Notes: generated from the letters alone by a model not told the origin. Shown: positions 21,101 to 30,273, numbered from the stretch's first letter. The stretch is 60,481 nucleotides of DNA from an uncultured Fibrobacter sp. (GCF_937877005.1 NZ_CALEFV010000051.1:1-60481); one strand, 5' to 3'. A program made the numbers and translations.

Positions 21101-21956
21101 CGTGCTGTTCAGCAAATTTTTGCAAAATTACGCGATAGAACTGCCCCATTCCCGAGAGACCAAAAATGAAAACAGGAGCCCCGTTCAGTTTTTTCTCAAA
21201 AAAGGGTTTCTCGCCTTTTTTTTCGCGTTCTTCGCACAAACTGAAAAGATATGGAATTGTAAGATAGTCAATCTTCTGTTCAATTTCAGTTCGCCCCTTG
21301 CGTTGGTTTTCTTTTTCAAAAACCCGTGTCAGCAAGGATTTGTCTTTTCCATGGAAAATGGCTGAATAGAGTTTCTGCTGCCAAGCTTCACGCTCAACGA
21401 TATCGTCTGCATTGTTGTTTTCTGAAAAGAACGGTCGCAGAGCTCCGTCTTTCCATTTTTCTAAAATGCCAGGAGCGTCTCCTTTCACATTTCTGGCAAA
21501 GCCTGCCGGTCGACTCGTTTCGTACTCGAGGAACAGCGACGCCATTTTTGAAGCAAAATCAAAAAGACAATTTTCATCCAAATTGCCGTTTTCGCCACTA
21601 AGGTAGCGACACACCTCAGGCGCCAGCGTTTGCCAATGCTTTTTCGTTGAATCAAGTTCGTCTTCTTGGCTCAAATACGCAAGAATCACATTACGGACCA
21701 TATCCGCCGAAAGCTTGAGTTTCGTGTCATCTTCCCCCACCAAAATATCAAACAAAAACCTGTCAATGGTACTCTTGTTCAGGTTGGCGAGCACACCCTT
21801 CTTCTTCATCCAGCGCAGGCGGAACCACTGTTCTAGTTTCGGGTCCGGGAATATCACGACCGGGGCATTGAACGGGTCGGTCCAGGCGGCTGTGAGTGTA
21901 TCAATCATTTCATCAGCGAGATTTTCCAGATTCAGGGCGAATTTTAAGTGTAGCAT
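18192..21956 (-). CDS. recC: Exodeoxyribonuclease V gamma subunit
   Basis: Start MLHLKFALNLENL at 21956; DPF, NPCMEFWED, NALLLNWGRTGRD, REIENLH..I; position upstream of recB-recD. Confidence 0.9.
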   Translation of the reverse strand: MLHLKFALNLENLADEMIDTLTAAWTDPFNAPVVIFPDPKLEQWFRLRWMKKKGVLANLNKSTIDRFLFDILVGEDDTKLKLSADMVRNVILAYLSQEDELDSTKKHWQTLAPEVCRYLSGENGNLDENCLFDFASKMASLFLEYETSRPAGFARNVKGDAPGILEKWKDGALRPFFSENNNADDIVEREAWQQKLYSAIFHGKDKSLLTRVFEKENQRKGRTEIEQKIDYLTIPYLFSLCEEREKKGEKPFFEKKLNGAPVFIFGLSGMGQFYRVILQKFAEQHEIFAYIQNPCMEFWEDLGSVHDNRNVCRSWNVSKDGEWNSAENADMSGIKERMSVQKIVDNPEKNPVTDVEDIPESALADQENALLLNWGRTGRDNIKLWCQASDYDFNFQGTGKSDLPQDSLLHKVQYSVAHRESLRDVNLPELTDGSLDVTAAPTRIREIENLHTQICALLDDEKVRVEDILVVSPCLDEYRTAISMVFDQTAAKPDERTKKENGFLHVPFAIVDSPARNSLTENALASLFAILNQRTVTRPDFFALVRNPVVQSARGIKNDEVDAWQQWVSDTNTYRCRDKNGGDWSKTVRRLLLSQMTAEDFAYGEAEKLRPYSDMACSNKASLCRFIECVEDLEKWIEFGKQDCTNLGLLSEYLDKWIALSHVSDSLKSESIVYKRVAEGLEQLHWQMEAGSDSISMKIVEQSLLYAAQGTEYSCGNLFVNGITFMKFAPNRILPAKHLFFIGADAMSFPGSRQRNTLDLRKSCYPWPGDDSPVARNRYGFLCLLMSISDSFHLSYVNRDLKKDAEFYPSSVVIDLRKFIENSAAVGENGKKPKWEEKEISLDENRDYDELWTPRSLRNRNAYEWMNLGEEDRLEKIRTFVQEKLYQEISKPKEYLVKIPERVSFYSLASFLKDPFEFRVDTMLREENDEDVEKELFEPVFFNHLDVASILKKMVAAELSEGTTTSEKQELEKLQEDLELSGKMPKDVFGQKQLDLLNVKKKLIIDQVKAKGEFSTGWSFGGKIQDLQLARTDGTHWSLSGRLDWCNANSNSLEKVTQIMEVTSSESNKDDIAFGKYMSPYIKALALIAYKGVKDDSLTEKSQTIKISIYSCDKGKNGPAETSVTMTPHEATNKLEEIYAEAFGDEKNRTFPYSKSVPADMLEGWPKKTEDKTIFEYRNELLGEHGKWAYFDKKSLFNPLTDVGFSAKEFEGEWDAAVSKMKNLIKIEKYKTPEKPKDEKPAKVKTTRSKKAEK

Positions 21957-21982
21957 ATTACGAATATATAAATGTGAAAACT

Positions 21983-24316
21983 TTACAGCCCCATGGTACG
22001 GCCTTCGCGGCCGTCCTTGTAGGCTATTTCGGACTTGAGCGCCTCTAGGATGACGCCATCGGTGAGTTCGCACTCGTCGTAAAAACGGAGCGTGGCATAG
22101 GCCGCGTTGAAGTCGCCCGGAGTGAGCATGCGCATGTTGCGGGCTGCGTCGGGCATCTGCACGGTGGGGAAGAAGCCCTTCCACAATGCTTCGATGCCTT
22201 CGGGCTTCAGGTAGCCGAACTTCACCTTCAGCGCGAAACGCCTGCGGGACGCCGTATCAAGTTCCCCCTCGAAGTTCGTTGCCGCTATGAAGATGCCCTT
22301 GAAGTTCTCCATTTGCGTGAGCATCTCGTTCACCTGCGTTACTTCCCAGTTGTGGGTGGCGCCGCTACGGTCGCGGATAAGACTGTCAGCTTCGTCGAGG
22401 AAGAGAATCGCCTTCTTCTCCTCGGCATCCTTGAACATCTTGCGGATTGCCTTCTCCGTTTCGCCCACGTAGCAGTTCAAGAGATCGCTCGTCTTCTTGA
22501 TAATGAGATTGCGGTTGAGCGTGCGCGCCAGATGCTTCGCGAATTCCGTTTTGCCGGTACCCGGTGCTCCGTAGAGGAGCATGTTCAGGCTGTCGGGGCG
22601 GTCGCCTTCCTTCATGTCCTTCCATTTCGCATCGAATGTACTCAGAACCTTCAGGATTCTTGGCATGTCCGCATCGGTATTCAATGCATCGAGAAGGTAG
22701 CGCGGGGCGCGTGTCTCCTTGTCGCGATTCACATATTCCGTGTCTAGTTTCAGGAGCTCGGCCTGCGCTTCCGCGATGGTGCGGATTGTCTTTGCCGGGT
22801 CTACCTTGCAGCCTGCGTCCAGCAACTTCTTGGTGCCGACAATCGCCTGCGTAATGCCGCCTGCCGTAATTTGGAGCTCGGAGGCGAACTTCTTCATGGT
22901 TTCTTCGGGAATGATGTCCTTTGCTCCCTGCTCGCTCACCACCGATTCCCATACCTGCGTACGCCTCTCGGCGTCGGGGCGGTCGAAATGGATGGAATAG
23001 TCAAAGCGGCGCAGCGTGCTATTTTCGATCCAGTTCACCGTATTCGAAATCCAGATGACGGGTACCTTGATTTGCTCCAGGAAGAAGTTCAGCGCACCCT
23101 TTTCGCAGCAGTTGAGGATTACGTCGGCCTCGTCGACTAGGAGGATCGCCTTCTTCTTCTGGTACTTGGTGGCTGCGTAAAGGATGCTGCCCATACGGCT
23201 ACGTACCACCGAATTGTCCTTGTTTTCGCGATGGGAGCCTTCGGTGCTGATGTTGGTGAGCACGAGCGGGCGATTGAGTTCCTTCGCGATTGCTTTCGCA
23301 AGTTCGGTCTTGCCGGTGCCTTCGACACCGTAGAAGAACATGTTCAGGCCATTGCCTACCTTGTTGTGCTTGAGCATGTTGAAAGCGAGTTCCACCTTCG
23401 GATTCTTGCGGCAGAGCTTCTTGAACGGTACGCAGTTGCTATCGTAAACCCGGAAGTAGAGACTGTCGAGATCACTTCCCGAATGACCGTCCAGAAACAT
23501 GCCGATGCGCTTGGAAATGTCGAGATCGTCGTCCAGGATGCTCATTTTCTTGAGCGTTCCCCTGTTCGAAACGGTATTCTCGAAATCGACATTCGGGTAA
23601 AGCTGCGGGAAAATGTCCGGAAGGGTCGCGTTATGGAACCTTCGGGAGCCCAGCATGTCTAGAAGGGAGCTACACTGCTCCTTGTTGAAAAAGATCCACG
23701 AGAACATCAGGATTTCCATCTCATCGTCGTTCAGGTTGAAAGCCTTCTGCACGATGTTTAGGCGCCTGAAATAGCCGTCGTCAACTTCGGAATTCTCTTT
23801 CAGGAAGTTTTTCAGTTCGCGCATGGCGCTTTCGTAGAACACCTTCTGCGAGGAAATGTCGAAAATTCCCTCGCCGCACAGGTAATTGCGCACGAAGTCG
23901 CTGATGTCCTTGATGGAGCACGACCTGTCGATGACATCGTTGAAACGCACGACAGCCATTTGGCGCCTCTGGTAGGCGACGCTCATTTCCTCGCTGTCCT
24001 CGTTGCAGCGGAGCCTCTTTCCGGCATAGGTCACGTTCGCTTCCTTGACGAAGGATTTCTTCTTGGAGATGGGAATCCGGTCTTCTTCGGCGTTGAGCCT
24101 TTCGAAGTGGTCCGAGAGGTCCTTTAGTACGCGCGAGGCGCGTTCTTTCGGGAAAATGGCGATGCAGTCATCCGCATCGGGAAAACTCTTGCTAATCCGC
24201 ATCATGCGGATCCAGTATTCGTAGCTCTTGAGCGTCACAAAATCGAGCGATACCTTCTTCTCGATATTTCCGGCGTGAAGCGAGCTCAGTACACCCTTAA
24301 AATAATCTTTTCTCAT
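21983..24316 (-). CDS. Tandem AAA+ ATPase (SpoVK/Ycf46/Vps4-like)
   Basis: Two modules: GVEGTGKT/LLVDEAD/RRFD and GAPGTGKT/LFLDEAD/ATN...RRRF; C-terminal GRTMGL. Confidence 0.9.
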   Translation of the reverse strand: MRKDYFKGVLSSLHAGNIEKKVSLDFVTLKSYEYWIRMMRISKSFPDADDCIAIFPKERASRVLKDLSDHFERLNAEEDRIPISKKKSFVKEANVTYAGKRLRCNEDSEEMSVAYQRRQMAVVRFNDVIDRSCSIKDISDFVRNYLCGEGIFDISSQKVFYESAMRELKNFLKENSEVDDGYFRRLNIVQKAFNLNDDEMEILMFSWIFFNKEQCSSLLDMLGSRRFHNATLPDIFPQLYPNVDFENTVSNRGTLKKMSILDDDLDISKRIGMFLDGHSGSDLDSLYFRVYDSNCVPFKKLCRKNPKVELAFNMLKHNKVGNGLNMFFYGVEGTGKTELAKAIAKELNRPLVLTNISTEGSHRENKDNSVVRSRMGSILYAATKYQKKKAILLVDEADVILNCCEKGALNFFLEQIKVPVIWISNTVNWIENSTLRRFDYSIHFDRPDAERRTQVWESVVSEQGAKDIIPEETMKKFASELQITAGGITQAIVGTKKLLDAGCKVDPAKTIRTIAEAQAELLKLDTEYVNRDKETRAPRYLLDALNTDADMPRILKVLSTFDAKWKDMKEGDRPDSLNMLLYGAPGTGKTEFAKHLARTLNRNLIIKKTSDLLNCYVGETEKAIRKMFKDAEEKKAILFLDEADSLIRDRSGATHNWEVTQVNEMLTQMENFKGIFIAATNFEGELDTASRRRFALKVKFGYLKPEGIEALWKGFFPTVQMPDAARNMRMLTPGDFNAAYATLRFYDECELTDGVILEALKSEIAYKDGREGRTMGL

Positions 24317-24391
24317 AAATATCTCCCACCATATATCGTCTTTTTCAACGAAATCGTAAAAGATATCGCATTAATATTTCTTTATGGATTC

Positions 24392-24423
24392 AATATACAA
24401 TATGTTTGCGACAAATAATGTCA
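24392..24423 (-). promoter_or_regulatory. Palindromic TGACA-N5-TGTCG box 11 bp upstream of a TATATT -10 element
   Basis: Minus strand reads tgacattatttgtcgcaaacatattgTATATT, upstream of the AAA ATPase. Confidence 0.5.
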
Positions 24424-24424
24424 T

Positions 24425-25084
24425 TTATTGATTTTCCTGAAATTCCCTCAATTTCAGTTCCGAAATCATCTTTTCCAGGCTGCACTGTTCGCTCACCTTG
24501 CCGAAAACCCTCGAGGAAAATGCCTGCGAGACCGCCGCCTCTTCGTTGTCGAGGGTGATTCGCACTTGCCGGACATAGTCGCCAAAGGGCCTGCTACGGA
24601 TCCCGTGAGTCTCGTTCTTGCAATGCGGGCAAATGGCCCCCGCGACGGAAATTCCCGTAAGCGGGGAACCGCCGAAGGAACGGATGTAGGCTGTATTGCC
24701 GCAGCTGCAATTCACCTTGTATGTCGCCGTTCCCCAAATTCCGAGAAGCGAGCCGAGCGTGATACCCACCGTAACGGGAACCCCGGCTGCACAGAACTTT
24801 CTTTGCATCGCAATCGGACCGATATAGGCGCCGCCTCCACGCAGCGCGTAATGCATGTCAATTTGGGCATACCGGGGCGTTTTCATGATTTCGTCCCGAT
24901 GCCGCATGATTAAGTCGAGGTTGTCGAATAGCAACTTGCGCTTGCGATCCAGCCGTTTTTCGAGCCACTCGAAGTAAAGCTTCTGCTCCGATTCTTCCTG
25001 GTTAATGGCGTCCGTCGCGAGCGATATGCCTTCTTGCTGGCGCTTGCAGAACTGAGCGAACCCTTCCCTGACGACTTGGGACAT
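24425..25084 (-). CDS. Hypothetical protein with possible zinc ribbon
   Basis: Start MSQVVREG with AGGAG RBS; CSC...CPHC cysteine pairs. Confidence 0.75.
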   Translation of the reverse strand: MSQVVREGFAQFCKRQQEGISLATDAINQEESEQKLYFEWLEKRLDRKRKLLFDNLDLIMRHRDEIMKTPRYAQIDMHYALRGGGAYIGPIAMQRKFCAAGVPVTVGITLGSLLGIWGTATYKVNCSCGNTAYIRSFGGSPLTGISVAGAICPHCKNETHGIRSRPFGDYVRQVRITLDNEEAAVSQAFSSRVFGKVSEQCSLEKMISELKLREFQENQ

Positions 25085-25291
25085 AAAAATCTCCTTTTTT
25101 TGCCGGTTTTCGGACGATATTGACAAAAAAGCCCCTTTGGGGCAATCATTCAACTTTCGCGGTCTTTTGTATTATGCGTATATATAAATATATGCATAGT
25201 TATTATCAAAATGCAAGGAGATTTTGTAAAAGAATTGTCAAATTTTTGTTGAAAGTTCTAATTGAATGTTGTCGCCTTCGTTATAAAAACA

Positions 25292-26302
25292 CTATTCCCG
25301 ATGCTCGTGCAGGTACAGGTTCGCTTCGGGCACAGCGAGGTCGGAGCCCTTGATTTTCCATTCGTCATCGGTGCCTGTGCGGTAGCTGACAACGACACGG
25401 TAGCGGTTGTCGGTCTGTAAAACCGTCTCGGGGACGACCCAGAAGTTTTCGGCACCGTCAAACAGCTTGAGTTCATGGTAATCACGGGTGTCTATACCAT
25501 TAATCGCGATAGACTTGACCATGTCTTTCGGATTTCGTACCTGAACAACGCCCCAGAAAGCATTTGCTCCGTCCTTTACGAACAGCGAAGTAGAATCGCC
25601 CCACACGCCGTCTATGCCTTCGCAGCTCACGAATTCCCATTCGCCGTAGTAGCGGCCTACCTGATTCCCCATGATGTCTGCGGCAGGAGCGCCGCCCAGG
25701 TCCACGCCACAGTTTGCGTCGGGACAGCGGTCGGTAATGCGCACGGTCACCTTTTTCCAGCCGTCGGGTGTTTTCGCCTTCACGCGGACGCAGCCGCCGC
25801 AGGCAAGGCCGTCATTCCACGGACCCAAATCATCGCCGGGGGAGACGTTTACATGGATTGCTGCGTAGTACTGGATGTTTGTTTGTCCGTAATTACAGGC
25901 GCCACCGAGGCTCGTTTCTTTTTCCGTAATGCTCCCATAAGTGGTCACGGATCCCTTGCCGCCGTTTTCGGTAAGTTCGGGATCTGCCGCGGTGTAGCTG
26001 TCGCAAGCGGTACACTTGCCGTCGTCACCACCGCTATTGTCGGATGAGTAGGTCTCTTCACTCGACGAAGATATCACCTTTATCACGGACGAAGAAGACT
26101 CTGGTTCAATGAATGCAGAAGATCCTGACGGCGATTCGGAAGAAGTCGCTGCTTTTTCAGAGGAACTAGAACCTTTGGCGGGTTCCTTGGTTTTTTCGGA
26201 TGACTCTTGATTTTCTGCGGAACTGCTCGAATCGTCTCCGCAGGCGACAAAGCCTGCGCCTACTAGAGCGCAAAAACATAAAACATGGGCAAGATTTCTC
26301 AT
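25292..26302 (-). CDS. Expansin-like (EXLX1-type) lipoprotein
   Basis: Lipobox FVAC, Ser-rich linker, GGACNYG, ACGGCVRV, VRITDRCPD, VDL, then a CBM63-like W.VVQVRN domain. Confidence 0.85.
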   Translation of the reverse strand: MRNLAHVLCFCALVGAGFVACGDDSSSSAENQESSEKTKEPAKGSSSSEKAATSSESPSGSSAFIEPESSSSVIKVISSSSEETYSSDNSGGDDGKCTACDSYTAADPELTENGGKGSVTTYGSITEKETSLGGACNYGQTNIQYYAAIHVNVSPGDDLGPWNDGLACGGCVRVKAKTPDGWKKVTVRITDRCPDANCGVDLGGAPAADIMGNQVGRYYGEWEFVSCEGIDGVWGDSTSLFVKDGANAFWGVVQVRNPKDMVKSIAINGIDTRDYHELKLFDGAENFWVVPETVLQTDNRYRVVVSYRTGTDDEWKIKGSDLAVPEANLYLHEHRE

Positions 26303-26325
26303 ATTTAGCAATATAAAAAAAGGAA

Positions 26326-26347
26326 ATCCCGGCGCTGTGGCCGGGGT
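26326..26347 (-). terminator. Probable intrinsic terminator after the GH43 operon
   Basis: cccggc/gccggg stem followed by a T-rich run on the minus strand. Confidence 0.5.
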
Positions 26348-26383
26348 GAACTTGCCTTACCGCAGCTCTATTGTTAGTTATTG

Positions 26384-27967
26384 CTAGAACATCACCCGGT
26401 ACGGAATCTGCTTGTCGAAACTGCGGCCCTTGAGGTCGCGGTAACCCTTGCGAGCAGGCACCTGCATTCCCTGGCGAGCTGCGCGCGGAGCAATCGCGGT
26501 AGTTCCACTGCTAGAACTTTCGGGCGCGACTTCGGAACTCGAAGAATTTTCGGCAACAACGGAACTGGAAGATTCCTCGATGCTAGAAGACGATTCCGGT
26601 TCAACTACCGGAGGGGTCGCCTTCGCGAGTTTCACCTTCTGGTTGTCGGCACCGGTGCGCACCCAGGTAATCACTGGCATGCCCGCGTCCTTCGAGACAT
26701 TCAGCACGTCGCCCACAAAGTCGCTGTCGTAGTCACCGTACAGGTAGTAGCCCTTCGCGGCAGAGGCGTTCTCGATGCGGATTTCGCAGGCAGTCGCCGA
26801 CGTCTTGACGGTATCGAGCAGCGTCTTGGACGGGCAATAGTAGCGGCCGGTACCATAATTCTTGAGCGTGTAATGGCGGGCATTTTCCGCGCTGCGTTCC
26901 ACGGTCCAGAACTGTTTCGCATCCTTTTCGTTTTCGGGGCGCTGCACCACGATTCCGTTTTCTTCGACAAAAGACAGGTTGCTGTGCGAAACGGTCAGGC
27001 GGTATGTTCCATTCTCTACGAGTGCGTTATTTACTTTGTCTACACCCGTGGTGGTACGCTTGATTTTCTGGATATTCGCATTCTCGTCGTAGTACAGGTA
27101 GTCAATATTCACGGAGCGGCGGTAAGTCCAGCCGCCCGGAGCGTTTGCGCCATGATACATGAAATACCAGTGCCCGAGATACTTGAAAATCGCCTGGTGA
27201 TTCGTCTCGGAATTGTCGAGTTTGTCGTTCAGCACGCCCTTCTGCGTCCACGGGCCATTCAGGCTCGTGGCCATGGAGTAGTTTGTCGTAGACGGGTAGC
27301 CCGAGGCGTAACTGAAGTAGTAGTTGCCGCGGTACTTGTGCATCCAGGGAGCCTCGAAAAAGTCCCTTATCTTGATGTCTTCGGGCGTACTCGCGAGCTC
27401 AATCATGTTTTCCTTGAGTTTTACGCGACGGCCCGCGTTCCACGAGCCCCAATACATCCAGATATCGTTCCCGTCGTAGAAAATTGCGGGGTCGATATTC
27501 AGCGCGACATCGTTCGGGGTGTCGTCGGTCACGAGCGCCTTGCCAATGGCATCCTTCCACGGACCCGAGGGATGATCGGCCACCGCGACGCCAATCGCGA
27601 AACCTTCGTCGCGCACGACGGTCGCATGATGCACAGCTACGTACCAGTAGAACTTGCCGTTACGGTATTCACAGTGGCCCGCAAAGGCGTTGCCGCTTGC
27701 CCACTTGAAGGTCCGCCACGAAAGTACCGCACCGTAGTCATGGTAGTTTTCCATGTCGTCGGTCACCAGCACGTGCCAGTCGTTCATCAAGAAGAACTTG
27801 TTGTTATTCCCCTGAGCGCCCTGCTCGTCGTGGCCCGCAAAAATGAACAGGCTGTCGTTGTGCACGAGCGCCGCGGCATCGGCAGAGTAGAATTTTGTAG
27901 TGAGCGGGTTTGCAGCCATCGCAACGGCCGCCACCCCCATCAGCATAGATAAAGTGCGTTTAAACAT
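26384..27967 (-). CDS. GH43 glycoside hydrolase (arabinofuranosidase/xylosidase-like) with ricin-type (CBM13-like) domain
   Basis: SADAA, NIDPA, FFEAPW GH43 motifs; GADNQK ricin repeat; signal peptide; SSS linker; basic tail. Confidence 0.88.
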   Translation of the reverse strand: MFKRTLSMLMGVAAVAMAANPLTTKFYSADAAALVHNDSLFIFAGHDEQGAQGNNNKFFLMNDWHVLVTDDMENYHDYGAVLSWRTFKWASGNAFAGHCEYRNGKFYWYVAVHHATVVRDEGFAIGVAVADHPSGPWKDAIGKALVTDDTPNDVALNIDPAIFYDGNDIWMYWGSWNAGRRVKLKENMIELASTPEDIKIRDFFEAPWMHKYRGNYYFSYASGYPSTTNYSMATSLNGPWTQKGVLNDKLDNSETNHQAIFKYLGHWYFMYHGANAPGGWTYRRSVNIDYLYYDENANIQKIKRTTTGVDKVNNALVENGTYRLTVSHSNLSFVEENGIVVQRPENEKDAKQFWTVERSAENARHYTLKNYGTGRYYCPSKTLLDTVKTSATACEIRIENASAAKGYYLYGDYDSDFVGDVLNVSKDAGMPVITWVRTGADNQKVKLAKATPPVVEPESSSSIEESSSSVVAENSSSSEVAPESSSSGTTAIAPRAARQGMQVPARKGYRDLKGRSFDKQIPYRVMF

Positions 27968-27987
27968 ACCCAAACATCCCTTTTCTG

Positions 27988-30105
27988 TTAGCGACTCATC
28001 ACCTTGAAGACGTACTTTCCTTTTGGCAGTCCCTGCAGCGACACTTCAGATTCCATGCGCACCGTCTTTCGAGCCATCAGCTGACCCATCGGGTTCATCA
28101 CGAAGACTTCGTAATTGCCAGGACGATCAAAATGGAGGGTGTAGCCCAAAGCATTTGCAGTCAATTTATAGCCGGTTTTCAAAGACTTTGCCTGAGCGAG
28201 AGCCGTCGAAATTTCGCTGGAACTGGAAACTTCAGCGATGCTGGAGCTAGATTCCACCGGAGCCGCGCTAGAACTAGATGCCGGCGGATTCACGCTAGAA
28301 CTAGATGCCGGCGGTTCGATAGAGGCTGCCTTTCCGAAGCGGATGTTGCCCACCAGCACTTCGCCGCTCATGCCGCTACCCGTGAGGTAGAAGTCCTTGA
28401 CGCCCGAAAGCTTCTTGGTGGCAGAGCAGTTCACTTCGGTCCAGGCGCCGTTTGCGCAGCTCGAAGGAACAGTGCACTTGGAAAGTTCCGTACCCGAGGC
28501 AGAACCCTCGCGGATACTGAGCGTCCCGCCGCTGCACTGCTGCAGTTCGACCTTGACTTCGGTGCTCCTGATGGAATCCGTCACCACGTTTTCGAAGATG
28601 GCGTAGCCACCGTTCTTGACGGCAAGCTTGTCGTCCTTCGTGAGGCGCACCTTGATTCCGTTATCGAATCCGTTGCCCGGAATGGTATCGCGAATCACGC
28701 GCAAGAAGTCGATACGGTCCAGTTCCGCAAAATTCTGGTCAGGTTCCACCTCAATAAAGTTGCCGCCGCGCTTGAGCTTTGCAGGCACCATCGCCACGGA
28801 CTTTTCGGGGAAACTGCCCCAGGCGCCCGTCTTCGGGAGCTTTACCGTCTGCGCCTTTCCATTCACCGTTACTTTATGCGTAGCATCATTATCGCCGCCG
28901 TTCGCGTAACGGTAACGCATAATGTAGTCGCCCGCCTGCATAATGTTCATCGGCAAGCGAATCTTGGAGCCCTTCGTATTGATGTAGCCCACGTATTCGC
29001 CGTTCGAGGCTTCCTTCGTGTAATTGAAGGTCAGGTCATCCGTCGCACCGCGTGTCATGATGCCGTGTTCCGCCTCGGCACTCAGGTAGCGCCCGAGGAA
29101 GGGCTGCCCCATTTCGGGCCAGTTGTCGTCGGTAAACACCAGGTCGCGAATGTGGATGTGGTTGTACTTGTCGCCGGTCAGGTCGTAGTAATGATGCACA
29201 AAGCGGATGCGGTTCAGGTCCTTGAAGGCCTCGCCGCCGCCCGGGCCCACATAACGGCTGTAACGCTGCATCAGGATGGTTCCGCCGCCCTTGTTGAGTT
29301 CCTTGCCGCTGCGGTCCTTGTAGGTTCCGTTCACCTTGTCGGCGCGGCCCATGGCCGTCTTGTAGGTGGTCTGTTCGATTTCGTTACCTTGTTTGCAACA
29401 TACGTCCCAGGCCGTGAACAAGAAATACTGCCCGCCGTGCTCGATGAGGCTCGGGCCTTCGATACCCGTACCGCCACGCGTCGCAATCTGGTAGTTCGTC
29501 TTGTCATCGCTCGCCTGCTTGCCCGTCTTGGGGTCCAGCTTGATCAAGCGGATACCGCCCGCATTCCACGAACCGTACGTCATCCAGTACTGGCCATCGG
29601 GAGTCACCACCACGTCGGCATCAATCGCGTTGTAGTTGTTGCTGTTCGTAGTGCGCGTTACCTCACCCTGGTCCGTCCAACCCTTTGCCGGATCCGAGAA
29701 GTTCAGGTTCGCGTTCGTCGCGACACCGATGGCAGAGGTGCGCTGGCCAAAAACGGAGCCGCAGTAGAACACGCCGTACTGGTTATTGAAATGGAACAGG
29801 TCCGGAGCCCAGATGCCGTCGGTCTTGCCGCCCACGGCATTCTTGAGCCACTGCGGGCTATCCCTGAAAATCTGGCCCTTCGAACTCCACTTGACCATGT
29901 CCGTCGAGGTCCACATGGCGAGGTTGTTATTCGTGGACATAAGGATGTAGCCATTCTCGTCCCTGTACATGGAGGGGTCATGGCCCCCTTGACGCACGTC
30001 AGTTGCATACCACGACTGAGCGAACGCACCTTGGCCCGCCAAGGCGAGCGTGAAAATTGCCGCGGATACCACTCCGCGAGAATTCAATCCCATCACACCA
30101 AACAT
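27988..30105 (-). CDS. GH43 endo-1,5-alpha-L-arabinanase-like protein with CBM35/CBM6 modules
   Basis: HDPS, IWAPD, NAIDAD, GIEGP, WDVCC, GPGG motifs; AEAEHG...YANGG...TGAW CBM; T9SS-like C-terminal domain. Confidence 0.9.
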   Translation of the reverse strand: MFGVMGLNSRGVVSAAIFTLALAGQGAFAQSWYATDVRQGGHDPSMYRDENGYILMSTNNNLAMWTSTDMVKWSSKGQIFRDSPQWLKNAVGGKTDGIWAPDLFHFNNQYGVFYCGSVFGQRTSAIGVATNANLNFSDPAKGWTDQGEVTRTTNSNNYNAIDADVVVTPDGQYWMTYGSWNAGGIRLIKLDPKTGKQASDDKTNYQIATRGGTGIEGPSLIEHGGQYFLFTAWDVCCKQGNEIEQTTYKTAMGRADKVNGTYKDRSGKELNKGGGTILMQRYSRYVGPGGGEAFKDLNRIRFVHHYYDLTGDKYNHIHIRDLVFTDDNWPEMGQPFLGRYLSAEAEHGIMTRGATDDLTFNYTKEASNGEYVGYINTKGSKIRLPMNIMQAGDYIMRYRYANGGDNDATHKVTVNGKAQTVKLPKTGAWGSFPEKSVAMVPAKLKRGGNFIEVEPDQNFAELDRIDFLRVIRDTIPGNGFDNGIKVRLTKDDKLAVKNGGYAIFENVVTDSIRSTEVKVELQQCSGGTLSIREGSASGTELSKCTVPSSCANGAWTEVNCSATKKLSGVKDFYLTGSGMSGEVLVGNIRFGKAASIEPPASSSSVNPPASSSSAAPVESSSSIAEVSSSSEISTALAQAKSLKTGYKLTANALGYTLHFDRPGNYEVFVMNPMGQLMARKTVRMESEVSLQGLPKGKYVFKVMSR
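28266..28314. repeat. Tandem duplication (22-bp identical core, 27-bp period) in the arabinanase linker
   Basis: cgctagaactagatgccggcgg at 28266 and 28293; encodes PPASSSS twice. Confidence 0.9.
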
Positions 30106-30118
30106 ATTTATCTCCCTT

Positions 30119-30139
30119 TTTACTATAAGGTTTACTATT
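30119..30139 (-). promoter_or_regulatory. Direct-repeat operator candidate AATAGTAAA-cct-TATAGTAAA
   Basis: Lies between TATATT (30142-30147, minus) and the RBS of the arabinanase gene; same 12-bp period as other cluster sites. Confidence 0.65.
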
Positions 30140-30273
30140 CAAATATACGCTTGTTTTTATTAAAAGTCAATGGTTTTGCAACAATTTCAGATAAAATGAT
30201 GAGATTTCTGCAACGCTTTGCTTGAAAAAAGTCTACACTTTGTAAAAGTTTGTTTCAAAAGGAATCATCAAAG

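Noticed and set aside
21957..22184. N-terminal extension of RecC in the ORF track
   Set aside because: Overlaps the ATPase 3' end; RecC-like sequence starts at ATG 21956
27960..27977. Out-of-frame ATG TTT GGG (MFGYV-stop) suggesting a frameshifted GH43 start
   Set aside because: The in-frame ATG at 27967 has proper RBS spacing and gives an intact signal peptide
26381..30225. Long plus-strand ORFs (523 aa and 697 aa)
   Set aside because: Antisense shadows of the two GH43 genes, typical of GC3-biased coding DNA
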